In this document: positions 42,963 through 52,475 of the stretch, one piece after another | Layout: each line of letters starts with the position of its first letter | Position numbering within the stretch: the stretch's first letter is position 1 | Source of the DNA: Candidatus Thorarchaeota archaeon | GTDB taxonomy: Archaea > Asgardarchaeota > Thorarchaeia > Thorarchaeales > Thorarchaeaceae | Reading direction: 5' to 3' | DNA length: 64,000 nt | Assembly (NCBI GenBank): GCA_963726195.1 | Contig: CAVSBO010000003.1 | Span: 544,001 to 608,000, forward strand | Position numbers and translations under genes: made by a program | Notes under the pieces: model-generated | Seen by the model: the letters and a program-made list of their open reading frames with translations, nothing else | Databases searched by the model: none | Told to the model about the DNA's origin: nothing

Positions 42963-43934
42963 ATGTCATGGTCTCTCATGGTGGTCTGTTTGTCAGAAGA
43001 AGTCGAAATACTTGGATTGACAAAGAACTTCGGGAAACTTGTCGCTCTCGACCACATTGAAGCCTCCATTCCTCAAGGGTCCATCTTCGGACTCCTTGGT
43101 CCCAACGGAGCAGGGAAGAGCACAACCATTCGGCTCCTATGCACACTGTTGAGGCCTACTGATGGAACGGCGAGAGTCTCTGAGTTCGACGTTATAGAGA
43201 ACCCCGTCAAGGTGAGAGAGATTACTGGTGTCCTCCCTGAAGAGGGAAATCACACTCTGTACCCCTCGCTGACTGTCTACGCCAATCTTGAGTACTTTGC
43301 GCGACTGTATGGAGTCCCAGAAGAAGAAATCCCCATCAGAATACAGGACCTTCTGAATTTCATGGAACTCTGGGAAAGAAAAGACGACAAGGCCGGGAAA
43401 CTGAGCACCGGCAACAGACAGAGGGTCGCTCTGTGCCGAGCCATGCTTCACAAGCCGAAAGTTCTGTTGCTAGACGAACCGACATCTGCTCTTGACCCTG
43501 TCGCGGCAAAGAGAGTTCGTGAACTGATTCTCAATCTCTCTCGAAAGTACAAACAGACGTTCTTCATCAACTCGCACAACCTAGCCGAGGTCCAACGTAT
43601 CTGCGATAGAATCGCGATAATAGACGAAGGGAAGATTCTACTGACAGGAATGACGACGGAGCTTCGTGAGAAACTCCATGGACAGCAGGAGTATAGGATA
43701 AGAGTCGTGGGCGACGTAGGCAAGGCTGAGTCAATAGTCCGGTCTGTCGACTTCGTGGAGTCTACAAGCACCGAGATTGATACGATTGTTGTGAAAGTCA
43801 AGGACCCACTGCAAAACAACTCAAAGCTCATTCGCAAGCTGGTCGATAGTGGTGTTAACGTCGTCGAGTTCTCCGAAGAGGAAGCAAGTCTAGAGGACTT
43901 GTATTTGCAGACAATCAAAGGAGGCACCAAGTGA
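42963..43934 (+). CDS. ABC transporter ATP-binding protein
   Basis: GPNGAGKST, LSTGNRQ, LLLDEP, NSH. Confidence 0.95.
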   Translation: MSWSLMVVCLSEEVEILGLTKNFGKLVALDHIEASIPQGSIFGLLGPNGAGKSTTIRLLCTLLRPTDGTARVSEFDVIENPVKVREITGVLPEEGNHTLYPSLTVYANLEYFARLYGVPEEEIPIRIQDLLNFMELWERKDDKAGKLSTGNRQRVALCRAMLHKPKVLLLDEPTSALDPVAAKRVRELILNLSRKYKQTFFINSHNLAEVQRICDRIAIIDEGKILLTGMTTELREKLHGQQEYRIRVVGDVGKAESIVRSVDFVESTSTEIDTIVVKVKDPLQNNSKLIRKLVDSGVNVVEFSEEEASLEDLYLQTIKGGTK

Positions 43935-44698
43935 TGGCTCGTCGGAAGGCAATGCTGGTCGCGAGAACAGACTTAAAGATGGCTCTTCAAGTTAGATACG
44001 TAAAGCTCAGCCTGATTGCCATGGGAGCTTTGGGGCCCTTCATCGTGCTGTTTCTGATTGGTCTAATGGCAGCGGCCGTGCCGTTAGGGGCGGAATATGA
44101 TGTTCTCATGTCTATATTCCCACAAATCGGATCAACAATGATCGCTATGTTCTCGGTGATACCTGCTACGATGATAGCCGCGAACGCTCTAGTCGGTGAG
44201 AGGGAGCAGAACACATTGGAAGCAATCTTGTCCACGCCTCTTACAGACCGCGAACTCCTGCTCGGCAAGACACTCAGTTCGTTCATTCCGAGCATAGTTC
44301 TCCTCTTGAGTGGAACAGCCGCAGTCATGATAGGGACCACGGTTGAATTCTTCTTTGCGCATAAGCCTTGGATGATGATTCCAGGTGTCGAAGGCCTTTT
44401 CGTAATCCTAGCCGCAGCGCCCCTCGTAATCTTGGCTGCTGTATCCATAAACATCCTGATTAGCGGGAAGGTGAAGAGAGTCTACGAGGCATATCAGTCG
44501 TCAGGAGTGGTTATACTGGTTCTCATGATTCCCATGTTCATTCCTATCATCGGCCTCAATCCAAGCGGGGTTCCAAATCCAAACATCATTTGGTTTGGCA
44601 ACTTACTGACTTTCCTTGTCAGCGCGGTGCTCGTAACAGTCACTTGGGCAGTCGCACTTAGGCGGTTCAATAGGGATGCCATGGTTTCCCGAAGATAG
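43931..44698 (+). CDS. ABC-2 transporter permease
   Basis: VGEREQNTLEAILSTPLTDRELLLGK. Confidence 0.92.
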   Translation: MMARRKAMLVARTDLKMALQVRYVKLSLIAMGALGPFIVLFLIGLMAAAVPLGAEYDVLMSIFPQIGSTMIAMFSVIPATMIAANALVGEREQNTLEAILSTPLTDRELLLGKTLSSFIPSIVLLLSGTAAVMIGTTVEFFFAHKPWMMIPGVEGLFVILAAAPLVILAAVSINILISGKVKRVYEAYQSSGVVILVLMIPMFIPIIGLNPSGVPNPNIIWFGNLLTFLVSAVLVTVTWAVALRRFNRDAMVSRR

Positions 44699-44781
44699 GA
44701 AGAAGATGATGTACCACGCCTCTGTCTCTTTCTCAAGGTTGTTCGCAGCGAAGAGGAGAGTTGCCTACAGGGCTATGTGAA

Positions 44782-45309
44782 CTAATCACGTAAGAGCTTC
44801 AGACCCGTTGGATACCTTAAGGCTAGGTCTCTGTAGATTGCCTTGAACTTTGAGAGCTCTTCCTTGTGACGTTGCTGTACGTCGCCGATCACTTTCGCAG
44901 GCACACCGACTGCAATCTTCTCGTCAGGCACCTGAAGGCCCTGAGTAATGACCGTCCCTTCTCCAACAATGGCCCAGCGTCCGACAACGGCATAGTCCGA
45001 TACTATTGCGCCCATACCGATTACGGCTTCGTCTTTGACCGTGGCATTGTGGACAATACATCCATGTCCCAGCGTCACGTTCTTGCCAATGGTTGTCTTC
45101 TCTCCGGGCCTTGCGTGCACAACCACATTATCCTGAACACTCGTGCCATCACCTATCGTCACTTCCCCGTAGTCGCCCTTGACAACGGCCCCAGGAGCGA
45201 CATAGCAGAGACTCCCGATCGAGACCTTTCCAATCACTGTCGCAGAGTGACTGATGTACGCCTTGTCACTAATCGCAGGGACCCTACCTTCGAATTCGTA
45301 CACTGTCAT
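44782..45309 (-). CDS. Gamma carbonic anhydrase family (hexapeptide repeat) protein
   Basis: VQDNVVVH, GHGCIVH, GVPAK. Confidence 0.92.
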   Translation of the reverse strand: MTVYEFEGRVPAISDKAYISHSATVIGKVSIGSLCYVAPGAVVKGDYGEVTIGDGTSVQDNVVVHARPGEKTTIGKNVTLGHGCIVHNATVKDEAVIGMGAIVSDYAVVGRWAIVGEGTVITQGLQVPDEKIAVGVPAKVIGDVQQRHKEELSKFKAIYRDLALRYPTGLKLLRD

Positions 45310-45442
45310 GGAGAATCACGAGAATAGCAGGTGCCAACCTCGATATTAGTGTGAAGGTCAGTATTGCCTTTACAGGCGTATCTGGCGAAACGTTAAATGC
45401 CAGCGCGGCTGATTGATTACTGATTATATTCCAACGATAGGG

Positions 45443-45850
45443 ATGGCGTACATGACAAAGAAGACATCGAAGAGTGAAGAGCCACACGAGTTTCCCATCC
45501 TCAGGGGCGAATCGGTTGGACGAAGTGGCGAGTTCACTGGTCGAGTAGTCATTGTTGCCGATCCCAAGAACCTGAAACGGCGCTGGGCATCGGACGAAAT
45601 CGCGGTTTTGGGGATGAATCTCGAAAAGCACTTCAAAACAAACGCGCAGGACATGAAGAATCTGTTCAGCAAGGTGTCAGCGATACTAGCTGAGTTCGGT
45701 GAACCAATTGGTGAGTTCGCATCAATGGCCTACGCTCACCAAACAATGGGCATAATAAACGTCCGCGACGCAACGCACGTACTCGAAACCGACATGCACA
45801 TTCGCTTGCTGTCCTCAGAGAATCAGGGTGAAGTCTTCTTTATCTCATGA
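45443..45850 (+). CDS. Stand-alone PEP-utilising mobile (swivel) domain, phospho-His absent
   Basis: TGRVVIV..SAILAEFGEPIGEFASMA..VRDATHVL..GEV aligns by eye with GxVxVV..AIVTDEGGxTSHAAIVA..GNAT. Confidence 0.65.
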   Translation: MAYMTKKTSKSEEPHEFPILRGESVGRSGEFTGRVVIVADPKNLKRRWASDEIAVLGMNLEKHFKTNAQDMKNLFSKVSAILAEFGEPIGEFASMAYAHQTMGIINVRDATHVLETDMHIRLLSSENQGEVFFIS

Positions 45851-45909
45851 ATGATGGAAACTGAAAGCCCTTATCGAGAGCAACCCTTGAGGCCTCTTGG
45901 AGACAAGTG

Positions 45910-45969
45910 ATGCCCAAGCCAGAGGAACCAAAGAAGCAGTTAACGATGCTCGACCTCTTCACGTCCTAG
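45910..45969 (+). CDS. 19-aa micro-peptide carrying a PIP-box-like motif
   Basis: GGAG RBS; MPKPEEPKKQLTMLDLFTS; GC-rich hairpin 45974-46014 downstream. Confidence 0.5.
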   Translation: MPKPEEPKKQLTMLDLFTS

Positions 45970-46094
45970 TCTACGTGCCCTCCGTGTCGCCGCCTAGACG
46001 GGAGGCAGAGCACGAAGGAAATGGGCAGGCTGAGTGGACTGCTTGTCGCTAGATTCAATAAGACCCTTAGAACGTAAGTCTTCTGACAGTCAAA

Positions 46095-47288
46095 ATGGCA
46101 AGAACCATCGGCATAATCGGCAACGGCGTGACTGCAGTCACTGCAACACGTGAAATCGCACGTATTGATTCGAGTGCGAAAATCGACGTTTTCACTGACG
46201 AACGGCATGCATACTATCCCAGACCTAGACTCATAGACTACATAGCTGGTCACGTGAACGAACAGGACATAATTCAGTACGATCAGGATTGGTACGAGAA
46301 GCATGGCGCACACCTTCATCTCTCTCAAGCAGCTGTGAAAGTGGACCCCCAGACAAGAAGCATAGTCACCGAGTCCTCCAGTCATTCGGGCTACGATGCT
46401 GTTCTGATTGGAGTTGGAAGCTATCCATTTGTGCCCCCGATTCAGGGCATGGACAAACGAGGTGTGCACGTCCTCAGGACCTTAGACGATGCAATAACGA
46501 TTCGGGACACAGTAGCGAGTTCAAGGCAGGTGATCGTAGTCGGAGGAGGAATCCTTGGAATAGAACTCGCCGCTGCAATTAAAGAATCGGGTCAGGAGCC
46601 GATTGTTGTCACGAACATAGACACACTGCTACCCGCACAGTTAGATCGAAACGCAAGCGACCTGCTCGCGAAAAGACTCGAGAAGTTGGGCATAAGGGTG
46701 CTAACGAACTTCGCTTGCAAGCAGGTAACAGGAAATGAACAGGCTAGTGGTGTCATCTCAACAGCTGGGGGCACAGTTGATGGCGACATGATAGTTGCTG
46801 CTACGGGCGTCAAGCCGAATGTTGAGCTGGCGAAGACAACAGGTATTGGGATCGGCAAAGGCATAATCGTCGATGAAACAATGCAGACCTCCATTCCAAA
46901 GATCTTTGCGGCAGGCGACTGTATCGAATGGAAAGGAACCTACTACGGAATCATACCTGTAGCATTGGAGACCGCGAAAACCGCTGCACAGAACATGCTC
47001 AAGCTGGGTTCCAAGAAATACGAAGGCACTATTCCATCAAACACTCTGCAAGTTGCTGGCATAGACTTGACTTCTATGGGTGTGTTCAATCCACAGACAC
47101 CGGAGTACGAATCGTCAGTGCGAACCGACCCAAAGAGGGGAACATATCTCAAAGTTGTTAGCAAGGATGGTATTGCAGTTGGCGGCATTGCCTATGGTGA
47201 CAGGAAGTTCGCCATCAAACTGAGAGGCTTGGTGATGAACCACAGGGACATATCAAAGCTCAAGAATACCATATTCGATACGGAATGA
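46095..47288 (+). CDS. FAD-dependent pyridine nucleotide-disulfide oxidoreductase (NADH:rubredoxin reductase/NirB-like)
   Basis: IIGNGVTA, VVGGGILGIE, ATGVKPN, IFAAGDC. Confidence 0.92.
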   Translation: MARTIGIIGNGVTAVTATREIARIDSSAKIDVFTDERHAYYPRPRLIDYIAGHVNEQDIIQYDQDWYEKHGAHLHLSQAAVKVDPQTRSIVTESSSHSGYDAVLIGVGSYPFVPPIQGMDKRGVHVLRTLDDAITIRDTVASSRQVIVVGGGILGIELAAAIKESGQEPIVVTNIDTLLPAQLDRNASDLLAKRLEKLGIRVLTNFACKQVTGNEQASGVISTAGGTVDGDMIVAATGVKPNVELAKTTGIGIGKGIIVDETMQTSIPKIFAAGDCIEWKGTYYGIIPVALETAKTAAQNMLKLGSKKYEGTIPSNTLQVAGIDLTSMGVFNPQTPEYESSVRTDPKRGTYLKVVSKDGIAVGGIAYGDRKFAIKLRGLVMNHRDISKLKNTIFDTE

Positions 47289-47446
47289 TATTTCACTCTT
47301 GGGTTTCAGCCAAAGGCTGACGCCCTTTGTCTCCTTCAGAGTTTCCACATAACTCACGGAAACGGGACTATTGCTGACTGTCATGAAATCTAGTAGTGAG
47401 AGCGGCATGCGTTCTAGTATTTCCATATCTCTCCCATGAAGTGCAC

Positions 47447-47499
47447 AAAGAAAAAGAAACGCGGAGGAAGCGTGCTCACTCGATGACTACATCCTCCGC
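47447..47499 (-). terminator. Hairpin + U-tract after GH3 gene
   Basis: GCGGAGGA (47461-68) / TCCTCCGC (47492-99); the minus strand then reads GTTTCTTTTTCTTT. Confidence 0.45.
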
Positions 47500-47578
47500 T
47501 TTGCCCGTTCTCACGAATTGCGAGACCGGGAGGAAGACCGAGCGACAAACCAACTCAACGCAGACGATGTAAATCGCA

Positions 47579-49117
47579 TCAATCAGATGTGGCAAGTACC
47601 TGAGTATCGGTGGTCAGCGTCACGGGTTTGGCCTGTATGTGCGTTGCTCGAACAACCTTCTCGGAGTATGAAGACTTCATGAGTGCAAGAGTCGTGGGAC
47701 CAAGTGCACCCGACTCCCTTACTATGCGAAACTCCTCGCTATCCGCCATCAGCGCCTCTTCAAGAGCCATCAGGAATTGAACCGTGTCGATATTCCTGTT
47801 ACCCAGCATCAGAGCCAGTGTGTAGTGTGGAACCCCGTTCTCGACTAGACCTACCATGCAATAATCGGAGACCTGAACACCAGTCATTGAACATGCTGTG
47901 GCCATTGCTTTCGCAACATGCTTGTCGGAGAGCTTTTCGCCCGACATGCTCACAACCTTGCCTTTTCTTCCTATCGATCGAATCGTGTATGGGTCAGTGC
48001 TCGAGAACGTCACCATGTCACCAAGTCTGTACCTATAACATCCCGCATTGGTTGTCAGGACAATCTCGTAACGGAAACCCTTCCTAACCTCCAACAATGG
48101 TACGACCGTGGGGTCCGGTACGTCAACGTCACTCTCAGGAATAAACTCAAAGTAATTGAGGTTCGGAAGTAGCTGTACCCCAAGTTCTTCAAAGAGCTGA
48201 CCTCCATAGACCCCTTCGGACCCTCCATACATATCAAGAAGCGTTGTTGTGGGGAGAGTCTTACTGATCCATTCTCTGTAGGGTGCGCAGTCTATTCCTG
48301 TTGCTGTCATCAATCGGAGGTTAGGCCACAAACCTTGCACGTCCAAAGTGCCATCATCGTCAATGAAACGACGAATTCTCTCTTCATGACGAGTCCCCCT
48401 TAGGGTTTCGAGCAACCACGGACCATATTGGCTCTGCATCCGGCGAATCAATGCAAGCAATAGTGTGGTTATGCCCATTAGGGCAGTCACATTCTCCGTG
48501 GCAAGGAGTGTAGCGAAACGCCTCATTTTCTCATCAATATCCATGATATTGAAGACATCTTCGCCTGGTTTCATTAGTCGCTTCATTATTGGGTTCAGGT
48601 TCCGGGCTATGGCACCAGTCATGTAACCTACTGGGACGCCATTCATATAATCAACGACAGCCGGAGCGCCGAGTGTCACAAGGGATCCTTCAAACATCTT
48701 CGCATTTGCAGGGTCTCTGTTCACAAATGACAACAGAATGAGCATTGTCGCCTTGGACGAATCATCGGCTCCCCCTGTCGTCACGGGAATACACTTCGGC
48801 TTGCCCGTGGTTCCCGAAGTCTTATAGTAATGGATTACCGGGTCGGCCGTCAGAATATGTCCCTTTGGATTGTCATATGTCATCTTCCAGTACGGTTCCA
48901 TATCGTGGCAGTCGAACAGCGGGACCTTCGAAGAATACTCATCAGGATTTCTCAAAGAATCAAACCCGTATCTCTTGCCAAAGACGGTCTCTTTGTGGCG
49001 AGCAAGCACCGACATCAGCTTCTCTTCAGTGAGCTCGATTGGATTACTGAGGATTCGCTCGATTTCTCTTGCCTTCCTCTTGGCCATTGTTGAAACAAGT
49101 TGTCTCATAATCGACAT
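47579..49117 (-). CDS. GH3 family acyl-adenylate/amido synthetase
   Basis: KTSGTTGKPKCIP, YGGSEG, YFEFIP, YRYRLGD, GEKL. Confidence 0.9.
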   Translation of the reverse strand: MSIMRQLVSTMAKRKAREIERILSNPIELTEEKLMSVLARHKETVFGKRYGFDSLRNPDEYSSKVPLFDCHDMEPYWKMTYDNPKGHILTADPVIHYYKTSGTTGKPKCIPVTTGGADDSSKATMLILLSFVNRDPANAKMFEGSLVTLGAPAVVDYMNGVPVGYMTGAIARNLNPIMKRLMKPGEDVFNIMDIDEKMRRFATLLATENVTALMGITTLLLALIRRMQSQYGPWLLETLRGTRHEERIRRFIDDDGTLDVQGLWPNLRLMTATGIDCAPYREWISKTLPTTTLLDMYGGSEGVYGGQLFEELGVQLLPNLNYFEFIPESDVDVPDPTVVPLLEVRKGFRYEIVLTTNAGCYRYRLGDMVTFSSTDPYTIRSIGRKGKVVSMSGEKLSDKHVAKAMATACSMTGVQVSDYCMVGLVENGVPHYTLALMLGNRNIDTVQFLMALEEALMADSEEFRIVRESGALGPTTLALMKSSYSEKVVRATHIQAKPVTLTTDTQVLATSD

Positions 49118-49733
49118 CTGCGTGACTAGCCTCCAGACGCTTGGAACAGGGAGTCCCAAGCAGTGCTGCGGAATGCGACACACCCTGACAAATATCCCCA
49201 GCGCATCACGCGGAGCAGTATAATGCGAATCTCTACCAGCGTCTTGGATACTATGGAGCTCCCGAAATAGAAAATGCACTCTATTATTATGAATTCTTGA
49301 CACCAACAGGTTATGACATGCGTTACGATATACTCATTACGGAGTTCCTCGATTATTCAGCATTCAGTCGTGATTACTAGAGTGTGAAGTCAGGAGATCC
49401 ATGAAAACAACTCAAAATACCTACTAGCCCAGGCGCGCTTCTACGGCCTCAATGCACCGTAGGGCAGCACGCTAGCGATATGCCCACAGACTCTGCAAAC
49501 CCTTTCGATTCTCCGAATGCAAGGTGGTATCACAGGGCCTGCACTTCTCCGTAATCCCGTTGTTTGTACGGCCATCTTGTACCCCCGATGCTATGAAAAA
49601 GCATCCTAATGACTCTACTGCATCTCAGCGTTCCTTTGGCATTCGCTTGGGTCTTCTCTGGTTCTATACATGTCCACGACGTTGCATCCTAACACCCAAG
49701 AATCCAGTAAGGAGTTGTGATCATGGTGAAGAA

Positions 49734-50486
49734 ATGATAGCCAAGTTAGAGGCTCAGCTGCTTTCGCTCAGCGCAGTTCGCAGAAACGGCGTCGGCACGG
49801 TGGATGTCACAGGCCCACTTCAAGTGATGTTGAACAACGGAGACCGTTGCATCGTCAATGCAAGACTCCGATATCATGGGCCAGACACTAGTTCGTGGCT
49901 TGCGGTGGTAGTCGGTCTCAGGAGTCGAATTCTCGCCCCATTCAGCAGGTTCGACAGCGAGAGAAACCAGTTCTTGCCTTGTGACATCCCCGGTCTGGTC
50001 CCCGCTTTAGCTCTCACGGTGGCCCATCAGGATTGCGGACTCGCAGTGAGTGCCATAGCACATGATACATTCACCCACCTTGTCCTTGTGTTCGAAGGAG
50101 ATGTAGCCGCCAAGGGAGGTAATCTGAGATCGCTCGCCACGTCTGTTTGGAGCTTCATGAAACGTTGGACAGACTGGACGGATGTATTGCTGGCCACTGC
50201 TTCGCGTGATCCATCAGTAGCTCAGTGGAACGTGGACTGGCGTGAATTCCTCGCTGGAGAGTCAGGGTTCGTGACCATGCCCTGGTTCAAACCGATGAAT
50301 TACTCAGAGAGAGCTCTTGGGCTAGAGACAATCGTGGCGGCCTCTAAGTCTCTCTTGGCATCTGTTCTCAGCCAAGCTCAGATGGAGGATTCTGCAATTC
50401 GAACACTCACTTCTTGGCTGTATCAACTCGCACCACTTGTAGAGATTGTCGGGGGAATGGAAGCGGCAGAGGAGGCTGAAGTCTAA
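49734..50486 (+). CDS. Hypothetical protein, first gene of DNA-processing operon
   Basis: GGTGA RBS before ATG 49734; Trp-rich C-half; no known motif. Confidence 0.75.
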   Translation: MIAKLEAQLLSLSAVRRNGVGTVDVTGPLQVMLNNGDRCIVNARLRYHGPDTSSWLAVVVGLRSRILAPFSRFDSERNQFLPCDIPGLVPALALTVAHQDCGLAVSAIAHDTFTHLVLVFEGDVAAKGGNLRSLATSVWSFMKRWTDWTDVLLATASRDPSVAQWNVDWREFLAGESGFVTMPWFKPMNYSERALGLETIVAASKSLLASVLSQAQMEDSAIRTLTSWLYQLAPLVEIVGGMEAAEEAEV

Positions 50487-50487
50487 C

Positions 50488-50955
50488 ATGATGTGTGAAG
50501 ATGAATGTCGAAACCTTCCGAGATTGACTGTAGAGATCATGGGGCCCTCATGGATAGCCGGAGCAGTGACCGGCATCAAAGCGTCCAGAAGACGAAGCAC
50601 GGATTGGATTTGGGAATGTTTCGTCGAGGAGTTGTATGACACAGTCGAGCGGATGGGAGGAATTCAACCAGCCGAACCAGCCAGCTCACCGGCGGACGAG
50701 GACGGCTTCGCGGGCTCAGCATACGACACGCTGGGGGGTTACGTGAGCACAGCAGGCGAAATCCGTTCTCAGGGACTCTACTTCAGTCTCTCTCCGAAAC
50801 ACTATGAGAACGTTATGAGCCTGCTTCCGGACTTTGTGATGCTCAGGGCAAGAGGTGGTCTCATTGTGCCACACTATGAACTACGTTCCTTCCTGAATCT
50901 CGTGCCTGTGAACGGGCCGTTGTTGGACCAACTAGCCGAGGGGGGCATGCAATGA
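50488..50955 (+). CDS. Hypothetical protein
   Basis: GGAGG RBS, 1-nt gap to upstream gene, ATGA overlap with radA paralog. Confidence 0.7.
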   Translation: MMCEDECRNLPRLTVEIMGPSWIAGAVTGIKASRRRSTDWIWECFVEELYDTVERMGGIQPAEPASSPADEDGFAGSAYDTLGGYVSTAGEIRSQGLYFSLSPKHYENVMSLLPDFVMLRARGGLIVPHYELRSFLNLVPVNGPLLDQLAEGGMQ

Positions 50956-52028
50956 CAGAGCTTGAGGCGGTATCAGGAGTCGGGCCTGCAGTTGCCAAGA
51001 AACTGCGAGAAGTGTTTGTGACAACAGCTGAACTTCTAGCTGTGCAGAATCATGTGGACTTGCAGAACAAGACCAAGATGGGAGAAGGCACCGCTCTGAA
51101 GATCATACGAAACGCCAGACAATTGGTTGGGCTTTGCGGTTTCAAATCCGGTCTCGAAATCGAGCAAGAGATGTCGAGCAAGCCTAGGTTGAGTGTGGGA
51201 ATCGACAAGGCAAATGCAGCACTTCTTGGCGGAATTGAAACAGGTTCGGTCGTGGAGTTCTACGGTGCTGCCCGAAGTGGGAAGACACAGTGGTGCGGTC
51301 AACTTGCTGTTATGGTTCAGCTACCCAAGGAAAAGGGAGGACTTGAAGGCCGTGTGCTTTGGCTGGACACGGAGAGCTCCTTCAAACCATGGATTATCCG
51401 GGCAAACGCAGTGCGGTTTGGTCTGGACCCGGATGTTGCCTTGGGAAACATAGGTCATGCTCACATCGTAATGACTGAACAGATGACGCAGCTGTTTGAG
51501 AATATACCGCAGCTGTGCGCGGAGCAAGACTACAAGCTCGTAGTGATTGACTCATTGACTGGACTGTTCAGAGCTGAATACACCGGGCTTGAGCTACTGA
51601 GAGTGAGGCAGCAGGAAATGAACAGCCTCCTCAATCTGATGAGACGAACTGGTACCGCGACTGGCACAATCTTCTGCTACACCAACCAGGTCATGGCGAG
51701 CATGGGGACATTCAGGTCGAACCCGAACTCGCCCGTTGGCGGGCACATACTCTCGCACGCTTCTGACTATAGGTTCTACGTCAAGAAGAAGCTGAAGGAT
51801 GTGAGGGGTCTTCAGCTTCAAGATAATGCTGGAATACCCGAATTCGATCTTGATGTTGTCATTGGTTGGGGAGGGTTTTACACAGATGCGAAAACGAAGA
51901 AGAAACTCGAAGCAGACGTTCTAGAGTATCTTAGGAAAACCGGCTGGAACCCTGAGATCGCAGAGAGTGGCGAGGACTCTGAGGAAGTAAAGGAAGAGAC
52001 TGAGGAGATTGCGGAGGAAAACGAATAG
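50952..52028 (+). CDS. radA: RadA/Rad51 recombinase paralog
   Basis: HhH GVGP, GGIETG, GAARSGKTQ, LDTE, VIDSL..FRAEY..RQQ, TNQV, GGHILSHAS. Confidence 0.9.
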   Translation: MTELEAVSGVGPAVAKKLREVFVTTAELLAVQNHVDLQNKTKMGEGTALKIIRNARQLVGLCGFKSGLEIEQEMSSKPRLSVGIDKANAALLGGIETGSVVEFYGAARSGKTQWCGQLAVMVQLPKEKGGLEGRVLWLDTESSFKPWIIRANAVRFGLDPDVALGNIGHAHIVMTEQMTQLFENIPQLCAEQDYKLVVIDSLTGLFRAEYTGLELLRVRQQEMNSLLNLMRRTGTATGTIFCYTNQVMASMGTFRSNPNSPVGGHILSHASDYRFYVKKKLKDVRGLQLQDNAGIPEFDLDVVIGWGGFYTDAKTKKKLEADVLEYLRKTGWNPEIAESGEDSEEVKEETEEIAEENE

Positions 52029-52474
52029 TGCTGGCCAAAGAGAGAGGCATGTTCCGCATATATCAGTGCCCTCGATGTCGAAACATTGGATTTGCCCAAG
52101 TCGAAAGCGAGGAGTGTGTTTCACGATGCAGCCTGTGTCAAGGGCCCATTGTGCATATGCCCGCCATGCAGTATGCTGCGACCATTCAGGAGGCAGAGTC
52201 GTACGTCAAAGAGGCCGTAGCCGGATCGAAGCTGAAGCCAAGATCCGCAGGCAGCCTACGAACGATAGGGCTGAAGAAGCGAGTGTTCAACATAATTGAA
52301 GCTCTCGTGGACATGAACAGGGGTTTCCCAGTAACGCTGGACGAGGTTCTTCGTGAATGCACAGATGCCGGCATAGATACGGATAGGGCAACGGACTTCA
52401 TTGAAGCGCTTCTCACTGAAGGAACTCTCAGTGGAGACAAGCTCGGAATGAAACCAGCAGGGAGGCCTTCGTGA
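52028..52474 (+). CDS. Zn-ribbon + winged-helix protein
   Basis: CPRC..CSLC; C-terminal VTLDEVLRECTDAGI..FIEALLTEG (MCM C-terminal WH-like). Confidence 0.7.
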   Translation: MLAKERGMFRIYQCPRCRNIGFAQVESEECVSRCSLCQGPIVHMPAMQYAATIQEAESYVKEAVAGSKLKPRSAGSLRTIGLKKRVFNIIEALVDMNRGFPVTLDEVLRECTDAGIDTDRATDFIEALLTEGTLSGDKLGMKPAGRPS

Positions 52475-52475
52475 G

